A stretch of DNA of 26,722 bases from a virus (IMGVR_UViG_3300011405_000023:1-26722); one strand, 5' to 3'. Shown: positions 1 through 7,910, counted from the stretch's first letter. Numbers and translations: made by a program. The notes: generated by a model from the letters alone, not told the origin.

Positions 1-402
1 GTGAAATTCAACTATTCTAAAGCAAATGGTATCACTATATCTGGAGGAGCTGAATCCAAAAGCATTTCTAAAGAAAAGTGGGGAATCAACACTAACAAGT
101 TCCAAAAGGTGTCTATGATTATGAATAGTCCTAATTATTGGACTGATAATGTTGGTAACAAACATGTATTCTTCATGATTGAAGGAGCTAAGAATGATGA
201 GACACCAAGAGGATTCTTCAATGAATTCCTTAAGGAAGACCTCACTAAGAACAGAAGAGTGTTTGAAGTGCTTGGTGCTAAGCTTAAAGTTGAGCCAAGT
301 GACAAACAGCTTACTGGTGTGGGCTTCTCAACTACACAGAGAAATCATATTATCTGTAGAGTGGAGGGTAAGTTTAAGCGTACGCTTAAAGTTACTTTCT
401 AG
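1..402 (+). CDS. C-terminal part of a large conserved phage protein (5' end outside the window)
   Basis: Frame open from base 1. Motifs SPNYW..GNKHVFF..PRGFFNEFL..QLTGVGFS recalled from the C-terminus of a large phage hypothetical protein; function unknown. Confidence 0.7.
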   Translation: MKFNYSKANGITISGGAESKSISKEKWGINTNKFQKVSMIMNSPNYWTDNVGNKHVFFMIEGAKNDETPRGFFNEFLKEDLTKNRRVFEVLGAKLKVEPSDKQLTGVGFSTTQRNHIICRVEGKFKRTLKVTF

Positions 403-626
403 TGGTTGACATAGCTCAGTTGAAGGTTGGTGATAAAGTTTATTACCAACCTGATCACTGGTCTGATGATGACAAGTGGGAGAATGGTATGGTTAAAGAA
501 ATACCAGAGTATAACCTCAACTCTGTAAGAGTTGTGTATCATTGTAATGGTGACTGGGATAATTATAAAGATTATACTGCTGCCATGACTAATAAAAGAG
601 ATTTATTTCTAGGTTGGAAACATTAA
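402..626 (+). CDS. Small hypothetical protein, possibly SH3/KOW-like barrel
   Basis: GTG start overlaps the upstream TAG; LKVGDKVYY..ENGMVKEI pattern. Confidence 0.6.
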   Translation: MVDIAQLKVGDKVYYQPDHWSDDDKWENGMVKEIPEYNLNSVRVVYHCNGDWDNYKDYTAAMTNKRDLFLGWKH

Positions 627-640
627 CAAACAATTATATT

Positions 641-1021
641 ATGAATTTATTTCAAGAAGCTTCAAGAAAGAAGTATCGTTTTGGTGGAACCAAAGGAACA
701 GTTAACACAGAGGATTTGTGGGAGCTAAAGTTAGAGGATTTGAACACAATTGCCAAAGACCTCAACAGACAAATTAAGGCAGGAGATGAAGAAAACTTCA
801 TTTCTAAACGTTCAACAGCTAATACAGAGCTTAGTAACAAGTTTGAGCTTGTTAAAGAAGTTATTGCTATTAGATTGGAAGAACTTGAGAAAAAAGCTCT
901 TGCTAAAGAGAGAGCAGCTAAACGTCAACAGCTTATTGAATTGATTGGCAAGAAAGAGATTACTGCTCTTGAAAGCAAATCAATTGATGAATTGAAAGCT
1001 GAGTTAGCTGATATGGATTAA
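641..1021 (+). CDS. Conserved phage coiled-coil protein
   Basis: Start placed at ATG 641 (MNLFQEASRKKYRF) after an AT-rich leader; V.TEDLWEL motif and a helical C-terminus; followed by a hairpin. Confidence 0.75.
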   Translation: MNLFQEASRKKYRFGGTKGTVNTEDLWELKLEDLNTIAKDLNRQIKAGDEENFISKRSTANTELSNKFELVKEVIAIRLEELEKKALAKERAAKRQQLIELIGKKEITALESKSIDELKAELADMD

Positions 1022-1023
1022 TC

Positions 1024-1047
1024 AGGGCCCCCAGAAATGGGGGTTTT
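1024..1047 (+). terminator. Intrinsic terminator-like hairpin
   Basis: AGGGCCCCCA-GAAA-TGGGGGTTTT directly after the stop codon at 1021. Confidence 0.7.
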
Positions 1048-1059
1048 AATACTTTTATT

Positions 1060-1527
1060 ATGGAAAATAAAGAATTTAATCCTACAAAGAAAGATTTACT
1101 AATGATTGATGGTCTTATTTTAGAGATAAAAAATAAGAAGAATACTTTAATTCAAAGAAAAGTAAATCTTCAAATTGCTTTATCAAAAGCTAGAAATGAA
1201 TACAAGGATGTTGATTTCAATAGTAAAGATTTTAAAAGAATCAAGAATAATCGTCAAAATCTTAAAGAGTGTTTTAATATTATTGAATTAGAGATTAAAT
1301 CATTGAATGAAGAGCTAGCCTATAAGAATAAATTGCGTGGAGAAATAGAATTTCATCTTGCACATAATAAAAGTCTTGAAGGTAAAGAGGATCTTGATAA
1401 AATCACCAAGAGAATACATGCACTTAAAGTAAAGTATTCCAATTTCACTAAAGACAGAACCAGGATTGCCAGTCTAAGAGTTATGGCCTCTGAAGTCTTG
1501 GAAGAATTGGAGAATTTACTTAAATAA
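1060..1527 (+). CDS. Hypothetical coiled-coil protein
   Basis: 155-aa K/E/L-rich ORF with heptad character; AT-rich start context. Confidence 0.7.
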   Translation: MENKEFNPTKKDLLMIDGLILEIKNKKNTLIQRKVNLQIALSKARNEYKDVDFNSKDFKRIKNNRQNLKECFNIIELEIKSLNEELAYKNKLRGEIEFHLAHNKSLEGKEDLDKITKRIHALKVKYSNFTKDRTRIASLRVMASEVLEELENLLK

Positions 1528-1552
1528 ATTTTTATTAACCAATACTAAAATT

Positions 1553-1798
1553 ATGAACAAAGCAGTTATCAGAAATGGAAGATGGGTTAGAGAAGATGGA
1601 GAACCTTTAGACCCAGTTGAAAAAAATCAAATGCAAAGTCAAGTTAGCAGAATTCACGAATTCGCAAAGGATGTCACAGACCTCACCCATGATAAAATAG
1701 AGATACTGTCCCATATTTTGTATGCAACACCACATCAGGAACGTGCTATCTTAAAGATTTTGAGTATGAAAGAAGACGATATTAACTCCTTATTATAG
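1553..1798 (+). CDS. Hypothetical protein
   Basis: 81-aa ORF with an attATG start context, in a gene-dense run. Confidence 0.65.
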   Translation: MNKAVIRNGRWVREDGEPLDPVEKNQMQSQVSRIHEFAKDVTDLTHDKIEILSHILYATPHQERAILKILSMKEDDINSLL

Positions 1799-1803
1799 AC
1801 ATC

Positions 1804-1923
1804 ATGATAGAACAATTACTTAAAGAACATGGTTGGATTATAGCTCCAATTGTTATAATTTTACTTATCTTTGCCTCCTATACGTTACATAAACGTATGG
1901 AAGGTGATGATGAGGATGAATAG
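1804..1923 (+). CDS. Small single-pass membrane protein (39 aa, absent from the ORF track)
   Basis: Translated by hand: MIEQLLKEHGWIIAPIVIILLIFASYTLHKRMEGDDEDE; fills the gap between two genes. Confidence 0.6.
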   Translation: MIEQLLKEHGWIIAPIVIILLIFASYTLHKRMEGDDEDE

Positions 1924-1941
1924 AAACCCTTATAATTACAT

Positions 1942-2478
1942 ATGAAAACGAACGAACAAATTTTAGAGAGATACTTATCTCCAGATTCAGTAGACATTTT
2001 TAATGCTCAAAGAATCAGTTTATTGTGTATGCTTCCTTACCTTATGGCTAAGCCATATTTAGAAGCAAGTTACGTAACAGCTTACGAAGATGGTTCACTT
2101 CCTGAGGAGGAAAGATGGATAGAAGGTGTTGATATCAACAAACAGATATTAGACTTTCTTCCTGATGCTTATAAAGCCTTGGAAGTGACAAACGAAATGG
2201 AATGCCTTGAGGGCCTTCTATACCTTAAGTCCTGGATCTGGGCAGTTGATGAAGAATTTCATGGTGTAATAGAACCTTTGTTTGAGGAAGATCTCCTTGA
2301 CAAAGGGAAAAGTATCTTAGATGCTATTTCCACACACTTTGGTTATTCACCAACTATCCAAGACATTGACTTTGAGGAGATTCCTAAGGAGGAAGAATGT
2401 AAAGAGCCTTCAGAAGAAGTGCCTGTTGGAGATCCTGATTCAGAATCTTCATCTCCTCTACAAGCAGGAACTAATTAA
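1942..2478 (+). CDS. Acidic hypothetical phage protein
   Basis: 178 aa; helical core (AKPYL..KSWIW..GKSILDAISTHFG) and an acidic low-complexity tail. Confidence 0.7.
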   Translation: MKTNEQILERYLSPDSVDIFNAQRISLLCMLPYLMAKPYLEASYVTAYEDGSLPEEERWIEGVDINKQILDFLPDAYKALEVTNEMECLEGLLYLKSWIWAVDEEFHGVIEPLFEEDLLDKGKSILDAISTHFGYSPTIQDIDFEEIPKEEECKEPSEEVPVGDPDSESSSPLQAGTN

Positions 2479-2501
2479 AAAACTAACCTTTAGCTAAATA
2501 T

Positions 2502-2633
2502 CCAGGTATGCTCTGACTGGTCGAATAACAGATGTATAAGTCTTATGGCCTCGCAAGCCACAAAATGGTGGTATCCAGCCCACGTGACCTTGAGAGGGGT
2601 TATTGACTAATAATACAGATTGTTGAAAAGACT
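2502..2633 (+). ncRNA. Candidate structured RNA in the leader of the T9SS-cargo gene
   Basis: CCAG/CTGG stem (2502-2520); AGTCTT (2539-2544) pairs with AAGACT (2628-2633), enclosing TGGC-CTCGCAA-GCCA and GTGACCTT-GAGA-GGGGTTAT hairpins; locally GC-richer than its flanks. Confidence 0.4.
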
Positions 2634-2708
2634 AAATATTGCGTAATAGAATAATAGATTACTTGAAAAACCAAAAAATTTTTTTAATAATAGTAAATTT
2701 TATTTCAC

Positions 2709-5321
2709 ATGAAAAAAATTATACCATGTAGTCTCAAAAGATTGGGGTTACTATTCTTAGTTTTAGTAGCCTTTGCTACCAACAGTTCTTATGCACAGTG
2801 TAATGCAAGTGCTGAACCTAGATTTGTCTGTGCTGGACCTGGCAATCTCATTGTCTACACTACAGCAAGTGTTCTTTTAGATAATGGTACAACCTTAACT
2901 TGGACTATTACAGGAGATAGTACTGGTGGTGCTAGATTTGTTAACAACAATTCCCTAACTTCTACTACTACTGTTTCTTCTGGTTTGTTTAATAGCGTAG
3001 CTGTACTTTTAGGACCTTTATCTGGTTCTACTGAAGTTAGAATGTCTCTACCAGGTGATCCAGCAGGTACAGGGTGTGCTGCTTCAGTATTTACTAAAGT
3101 TTTAGTTATACAAGGTAGTGCTACTCCTGTAGATTGTCCTAATGATCTCACTACTGTATCAATTACTCCTGGATTAACTGGTACTAAACTAGGAACATCA
3201 GATCAAATTGTTCAATTCCCTAGTCTCCCTGGTGGTTGTGGACAATACACTTATAATTTAGTTACCTCTCCTGGTGGAGTAATAGTAGCAACAAATAACA
3301 CAGGTATCTTTCCTAACGTAACTCCACAGGATTATGTAATCAGAATTACAGACTGTGATGGATGTACTGCTACTTCTCCTATAATTGATTCTTCTGTTGT
3401 AGACCCTCGTCCACTTATTTTGACGTGCCCTGTTGAAGTGGACAGACCAGCATGTGCTTCTCAAGTAGAGCTTGAAGGTATCTTTCAAGCATGGTTAGCT
3501 ACATTTCAAGTTGCAGGTGGTTTTCCTCCAGTAATTACTGTTAGAAATCCTGATGGTATAATTGTACCTTTAAATGCACCTAATCATTGTGGTGGCAGTG
3601 TTACAGTTACTTGGAATGTAAGAGATAATTGTGGATATACTGATACATGTACACGTACATTCTTAGTAAGAGATTCTCTTCCTCCAGTACTTACATGTGC
3701 TCCAGGTGGTAATTTACCATGTAATCCTGAAATTCCTGGTCCAACAGCACCAACAATTACCTCAGCTTGTCCTACACTTCCATATACATATAATGATGTA
3801 GTTACTGGTCCTATGTGTGCTACAGTTCTAACAAGAACTTATACAGTAACAAATGAGTGTGGTCAAACTGCTACTTGTGACCAAGTGTTTAGATACAGAA
3901 TAGACCATGTTGCTCCTGTATTGCACAACGTGCCTGTAGGAAGAGATTTAGGATGTAATCCAGTAAATCTTCCAGCATGTGACCCTCTTGTAACAGCTAC
4001 AGACAACTGTGATGAATTCCCTGTAGCAGAATGCTCTCGTGGAACAATTACAAATACAGGTTGTAATTACAGACAAGTAATCACTTATTCTTCAATGGAT
4101 AGCTGTGGTAACAGAGTGTCTGAAGATGTAGTTTATACTTGGAAAGTAGATACTACTGCTCCAGTTGTAACATGTCCAGGAAGTAGAGATTTAGGATGTA
4201 ATCCTGCAACTCCAGGTCCTGGTGCAGCATCAGCTCTTGATGCTTGTGATGGTGTATTACCTGTTACTGTTTCAGTAGGTGATGTTGTAGCTGTTGATTG
4301 TTTAAGAAGATTAGTAATCACTTATAGTGCTACTGATGAGTGTGGAAACACAGGATATTGTGAAGAAGTAATTACTTGGACAGTAGATCTTATTGCTCCT
4401 GTTATTGAATTAGATCTTGCTCCTACTTTAGGTAATGATCCTACACTTGCAGAAATTTTAGCTGCATTAGGTACTGCTCATATAGTTGATGCTTGTGGTG
4501 CTACTTTAACTTTTACAGATGGACCTGTTACAGAAGTAAGTCCATGTCATTTCACCCAAACAAGAACATGGAGTGGTATTGACAACTGTTTAAATCGTGC
4601 AGCTGATAGAGATCGTACAGTAACATGGACAACTTCTGGTTGTGCAGAACCTAATGGATGTACTTTAGGATACTGGAAAAACCATACTCTAGCTTGGGAT
4701 TGTTATACAACTTGTACATTGTACAAAACTGTATTTACAGGTTCAACACTTGACCCTAATTTAACATTGCTTCAAGCATTGAATTTAGGTGGTGGTGCTT
4801 GTAACAACTTAGCAAGACAATCTGTAGCAGCATTGTTAAACATCTGTGATGGTACTTTAGACTATTCAGTTGCTGATGTAACTGCTTTACAAACTTTAGT
4901 TAATGCAGCTTTTGCAAATGGTACATGTGGTGCAGCTGGTTCTTTATTAGACAGATATAACAACTTAGGTGGTGCAAATCACTGTGATGTTGTGAAATCT
5001 CCTAACACAAATCAATCAACTTGTACAACTAATATCTCTACACCAAAAAAGGGGGTTAATGCTACTGGGAAAGTAGCACCTACTACGACCTTTAAAGCAT
5101 ATCCAAATCCTTTCACTAATGATTTCACAATTCAATCTAATACCATTAATCCTGTAAATATCAGTATTTTTGATAACTTAGGAAGAAGCATTGAAACCAG
5201 AACAGTGAATCCATCTGAATTTGATTTTTCAAGTTTTGGAGGTGGCTACCCAACAGGTATCTACAACATAATCCTTAATCAAGCAACAGAGACTAAAACT
5301 CTGAGAGTGATTAAACAATAA
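2709..5321 (+). CDS. Type IX secretion system (type A CTD) cargo; Cys-rich surface/adhesin-like protein with SprB-like and HYR-like repeats
   Basis: Sec signal peptide ending SYA|Q; SprB-like unit (ATPVDC..YTYNL..TGIFPNVTPQDYVIRITDCDGC); about five ~80-aa D..PPV..C / A.D.C repeats; GCTLGYWKNH domain; C-terminal FKAYPNPF..IFDNLGR..GIYNIIL..RVIKQ. Confidence 0.9.
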   Translation: MKKIIPCSLKRLGLLFLVLVAFATNSSYAQCNASAEPRFVCAGPGNLIVYTTASVLLDNGTTLTWTITGDSTGGARFVNNNSLTSTTTVSSGLFNSVAVLLGPLSGSTEVRMSLPGDPAGTGCAASVFTKVLVIQGSATPVDCPNDLTTVSITPGLTGTKLGTSDQIVQFPSLPGGCGQYTYNLVTSPGGVIVATNNTGIFPNVTPQDYVIRITDCDGCTATSPIIDSSVVDPRPLILTCPVEVDRPACASQVELEGIFQAWLATFQVAGGFPPVITVRNPDGIIVPLNAPNHCGGSVTVTWNVRDNCGYTDTCTRTFLVRDSLPPVLTCAPGGNLPCNPEIPGPTAPTITSACPTLPYTYNDVVTGPMCATVLTRTYTVTNECGQTATCDQVFRYRIDHVAPVLHNVPVGRDLGCNPVNLPACDPLVTATDNCDEFPVAECSRGTITNTGCNYRQVITYSSMDSCGNRVSEDVVYTWKVDTTAPVVTCPGSRDLGCNPATPGPGAASALDACDGVLPVTVSVGDVVAVDCLRRLVITYSATDECGNTGYCEEVITWTVDLIAPVIELDLAPTLGNDPTLAEILAALGTAHIVDACGATLTFTDGPVTEVSPCHFTQTRTWSGIDNCLNRAADRDRTVTWTTSGCAEPNGCTLGYWKNHTLAWDCYTTCTLYKTVFTGSTLDPNLTLLQALNLGGGACNNLARQSVAALLNICDGTLDYSVADVTALQTLVNAAFANGTCGAAGSLLDRYNNLGGANHCDVVKSPNTNQSTCTTNISTPKKGVNATGKVAPTTTFKAYPNPFTNDFTIQSNTINPVNISIFDNLGRSIETRTVNPSEFDFSSFGGGYPTGIYNIILNQATETKTLRVIKQ
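3942..4204 (+). repeat. Exact 20-bp direct repeat between neighbouring HYR-like units
   Basis: AGAGATTTAGGATGTAATCC at 3942-3961 and 4185-4204 (RDLGCNP), 243 nt (81 codons) apart. Confidence 0.85.
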
Positions 5322-5328
5322 AAAACTA

Positions 5329-5347
5329 TGGGGGTGAAAAGCCCCCA
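5329..5347 (+). other. GC-rich hairpin without a U-tract, just before tRNA-like element 1
   Basis: TGGGGGT-GAAAA-GCCCCCA. Confidence 0.6.
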
Positions 5348-5351
5348 ATAT

Positions 5352-5436
5352 GGGCTGATAGTGTAATCTGGCGAGCACAGCGTATACCAACATAAAATAA
5401 CACGCAAGTGGGGAGGTTCGAGCCCTCCCTGGTCCA
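5352..5436 (+). ncRNA. tRNA-like RNA 1: tRNA-Ala-like body with an expanded, non-canonical anticodon loop (or a pseudo-tRNA)
   Basis: Acceptor GGGCTGA/CTGGTCC (G1-C72, G2-C71, G3.U70; pair 7 mismatched), A73 then CTA; D-arm GTGT-AATCTGGCGA-GCAC; stem GCGT/ACGC closing an 18-nt A-rich loop; T-arm GGAGG-TTCGAGC-CCTCC. Confidence 0.75.
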
Positions 5437-5457
5437 CTAACTTTAAATCCTTTTATT

Positions 5458-6066
5458 ATGAAGAGAATTATTTTGAGCGCTATGGCGCTAATTGCATTCA
5501 GCTTTGCTAATGCACAGATCGTGACTGATGCTGGTACGTTTACCAAGCCAGTAGAGAGAACAACAATTTTTGAAGCTACTTTAACTCCTGATTTAACAGG
5601 TGGTGGTATCTTCGCATTATCAGGTGTCAGTGATGGCTTAGACCTAGTTGGTATCAGAATCAGACATTTTGAGACTGCTAACAAAGCTATCAGATATGGA
5701 GCACACTTATCTATGTGTGATTCAGGCATATCTGGACAAGACACTGATTTTGCAATTGCATTATCTGTTGGTTTAGAACGTCACAGAGCAGGCGCTGAAA
5801 GATTATCCACATATTGGGGATATGAGGGCAACGTAGGCTATGTTACTGAAAACGATGGTTATGGTGGTTCTACCTCTAAATGGGGTGTTGGTGCAAGTTT
5901 ATTTACTGGTGCTGATTACTACATCATACCTAAGGTGTATTTGGGTGCAGAGATATCTTATGGTGTAGCTGTTACAAACACAAAACCAGAACATGGTAAT
6001 GATGTTACAAGGATTGAATCAAGTCCTAACATTACTCCAAGTTTTAGAGTAGGTTGGCAATTTTAA
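5458..6066 (+). CDS. Outer-membrane beta-barrel protein, Bacteroidota type (probably 8-stranded)
   Basis: Signal peptide ending ANA|Q; alternating amphipathic strands; FTGADYYIIPKVYLGAEISYG; terminal beta-signal FRVGWQF. Confidence 0.85.
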   Translation: MKRIILSAMALIAFSFANAQIVTDAGTFTKPVERTTIFEATLTPDLTGGGIFALSGVSDGLDLVGIRIRHFETANKAIRYGAHLSMCDSGISGQDTDFAIALSVGLERHRAGAERLSTYWGYEGNVGYVTENDGYGGSTSKWGVGASLFTGADYYIIPKVYLGAEISYGVAVTNTKPEHGNDVTRIESSPNITPSFRVGWQF

Positions 6067-6078
6067 AAACCAGAAACC

Positions 6079-6177
6079 ATGTCACTCGTACTAGAAGCTT
6101 TTATAGCTGGTTTTATGGTGGGAGTCGTATTAACAGTCGTTGTTGTATTATTTATTAATACAATGCGCAAACCTTAA
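6079..6177 (+). CDS. Small single-pass membrane protein (32 aa, absent from the ORF track)
   Basis: MSLVLEAFIAGFMVGVVLTVVVVLFINTMRKP; accATG context; lies before the terminator. Confidence 0.55.
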   Translation: MSLVLEAFIAGFMVGVVLTVVVVLFINTMRKP

Positions 6178-6197
6178 AGTTTTTCATCTTGATAGGT

Positions 6198-6246
6198 GTC
6201 CTCACACGAGGACTGAAAAGGGTAAGCAATTACCCTTTTCTTTTTT
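6198..6246 (+). terminator. Intrinsic terminator preceded by an extra hairpin
   Basis: GTCCTC-ACAC-GAGGAC (6198-6213), then GAAAAGGGTAA-GCAA-TTACCCTTTTC (6215-6240) and T6. Confidence 0.85.
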
Positions 6247-6366
6247 GGGGAGATAGCCTAGGTGGCATATAGTATAAAACAAAGGGCAGGGCAAAAAAAG
6301 TACTGAACGTTGGTAGAGGTTGAGGAACTACCATTACTATAGCAGGTTCGATTCCTGGTCTCCTTG
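6247..6366 (+). ncRNA. tRNA-like RNA 2 (120 nt): acceptor stem and T-arm with an atypical, expanded interior
   Basis: GGGGAGA/TCTCCTT acceptor, G73 then CGA; T-arm CAGG-TTCGATT-CCTG; TATAGTA/TACTATA and TGGTAG/CTACCA stems; no canonical anticodon loop. Confidence 0.65.
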
Positions 6367-6404
6367 CGAGTTTCAAACAATTATTAATTTTAAACAATCA
6401 GTTT

Positions 6405-7280
6405 ATGTCAAGTACAAAAACAAATCGTGAGTTGCTTACGTCTATTAGATCGTACAACAAAGTGGCTAGAGAGAAAAAAGCTATCAAAGAAGGCTTTAGC
6501 TCTGCTGACCAAATGATTGCTCATTTAGAAGGGCAAATCAAGCTTGGGAAAGGAAACAAGCCTTGGTCAAATCCCAATTCTGTTAAGCCATATGTGGCTA
6601 CTACAGGTAAATCTCCTTGTCCAACAACCAAAGCTCCTGTAAGTAAAACTACTTCCAAAAGTAGACCAACAATCCATGTTGTGGATGTGTTGGACAGCAG
6701 TGGTTCAATGAGTGGAGGAAAACACAGCGCTGCAAAGAAAGGTATCAACATGGGAGTTGGTGGTCTGAAGGCTGATACAGCTAATGTGAATTACACCTAC
6801 ACTCTATGTGATTTCTCTGATGACCTTATCTTCAGACATGTTAAATCACAATTGAGTGAGGTTAAGGAGTTCAAAGGTAATACCAGAGGCAGTACAGCAC
6901 TGTTTGATGCTATTGGTACAACCATTGAGAAAATCAAAACAGATGGTGGTACTATCAAGTCTACAGACAAAGTTTTAGTGAACATCTATACTGATGGTCA
7001 GGAGAACGCCTCAAGACACTTCACAGCAACTGCTATTGACAGTTTGATTAAATCTCTTTCTGAGGTTGGATGGACCTTTACCTTTATTGGTACTGCTTCT
7101 GATGTAGCATATGCTCAAAGAGTGTTAAGTATCAAAGATTCCAACACTTTAGTGCATGATAACACTGCGAGAGGCTTGGAGAAATCCTTTGTTGCAAACA
7201 CAGCAGCTCGAACTTCATACTCCTCTAAGGTATCTGCAGGAGAAGATGTGAGCGAGGGCTTCTACAAAGACATTAACTAA
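6405..7280 (+). CDS. von Willebrand factor A (vWA) domain protein
   Basis: MIDAS motif VLDSSGSMSG, GSTALFDAIG and IYTDGQENAS; basic N-terminal extension with a P/K/T/S linker. Confidence 0.9.
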   Translation: MSSTKTNRELLTSIRSYNKVAREKKAIKEGFSSADQMIAHLEGQIKLGKGNKPWSNPNSVKPYVATTGKSPCPTTKAPVSKTTSKSRPTIHVVDVLDSSGSMSGGKHSAAKKGINMGVGGLKADTANVNYTYTLCDFSDDLIFRHVKSQLSEVKEFKGNTRGSTALFDAIGTTIEKIKTDGGTIKSTDKVLVNIYTDGQENASRHFTATAIDSLIKSLSEVGWTFTFIGTASDVAYAQRVLSIKDSNTLVHDNTARGLEKSFVANTAARTSYSSKVSAGEDVSEGFYKDIN

Positions 7281-7307
7281 TTTCGTAACCTTTTAATTTT
7301 TTATACC

Positions 7308-7910
7308 ATGAGTGTAAGCACTAAAAAAGCTCCAGCTACTGTAGCAGTAATTGGACCAGGAAGTATTTTGTCTGAAACATCGTTCTACGTTGTTAAGTCC
7401 CTTGAAAAAGGAGGAAAAGTTGTTGTTGTAGATGACTATGGTCACAGTATCAATCTAAGTGAGAGATATGTGAAAGAGATCACTATTTCTGCAGACCAGT
7501 ATGATTCTGAAGAAAAGAAAACAAAAACTGAGATGCAAGAAATCTTGCTTGCTAATCCTCGTATTGCTATGACTGTAGCATACATTACTCAGAGTACTGA
7601 GAAGCTTAAAAGAGATTATGAGGCTGAGAAAACTGCTAAAATCAATGAAATCCAAAGAGCTAGCTTATCAACTGCTGCTAAGCTATTGGAAGATTTGATT
7701 GATAATCCTATTACCAGAGAAATTCCTGGTAAATTGAGAGTTATGAAAGGTCGCCATTATGGTCACCAGGATACTAATGGAAGAGTGAGCTTCATTGATA
7801 TGGAGATAACTCGTGATGCGAGTAAAGACTTTGATACTCGTACCAGATTAATGGATCCACGCACCATCCAATGGATGATTGTAAACAAAGTGAAATATGT
7901 CCTCAAGTAA
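7308..7910 (+). CDS. Hypothetical phage protein
   Basis: 200 aa, phage-like codon use, follows the vWA gene closely. Confidence 0.75.
   Translation: MSVSTKKAPATVAVIGPGSILSETSFYVVKSLEKGGKVVVVDDYGHSINLSERYVKEITISADQYDSEEKKTKTEMQEILLANPRIAMTVAYITQSTEKLKRDYEAEKTAKINEIQRASLSTAAKLLEDLIDNPITREIPGKLRVMKGRHYGHQDTNGRVSFIDMEITRDASKDFDTRTRLMDPRTIQWMIVNKVKYVLK

Noticed and set aside
179-409. Alternative-frame + strand ORFs nested in genes (e.g. 179-409, 750-944, 15961-16194, 17122-17415, 24367-24594)
   Set aside because: Nested in stronger genes, with the L/M/R-rich composition expected from off-frame reading of biased codons.
1866-1873. Perfect TATCTTTG -7 promoter box
   Set aside because: No TTG at the expected spacing upstream, and it lies inside a small membrane ORF.
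2499-2600. SAM-I riboswitch suggested by TATCCAG
   Set aside because: The following GAG, kink-turn and GCAACC elements are absent.
3400-4640. CRISPR array or DGR template/variable repeat in the repeated region
   Set aside because: The repeats are in-frame, diverged protein-domain repeats; no spacer structure, adenine-specific variation or reverse transcriptase.
5384-5401. Reading element 1 as a normal tRNA-Trp (CCA) or tRNA-Met (CAT), or as intron-containing
   Set aside because: Neither triplet sits in a 7-nt loop after U33; the insert is far too short for a group I intron and shows no bulge-helix-bulge.
5229-5744. 171-aa minus-strand ORF and the other minus-strand ORFs in the track
   Set aside because: All lie antisense to well-supported + strand genes or RNA elements and show no recognisable motifs; treated as shadow ORFs.
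6188-6220. Hammerhead ribozyme-like look (TTGATAGGT-stem-TGAAA)
   Set aside because: The core does not match CUGANGA..GAAA and the GAAA belongs to the terminator stem.
6247-6366. Calling element 2 a tmRNA (ssrA)
   Set aside because: Only 120 nt, no G3.U70, G rather than A discriminator, and no credible tag reading frame or pseudoknots.
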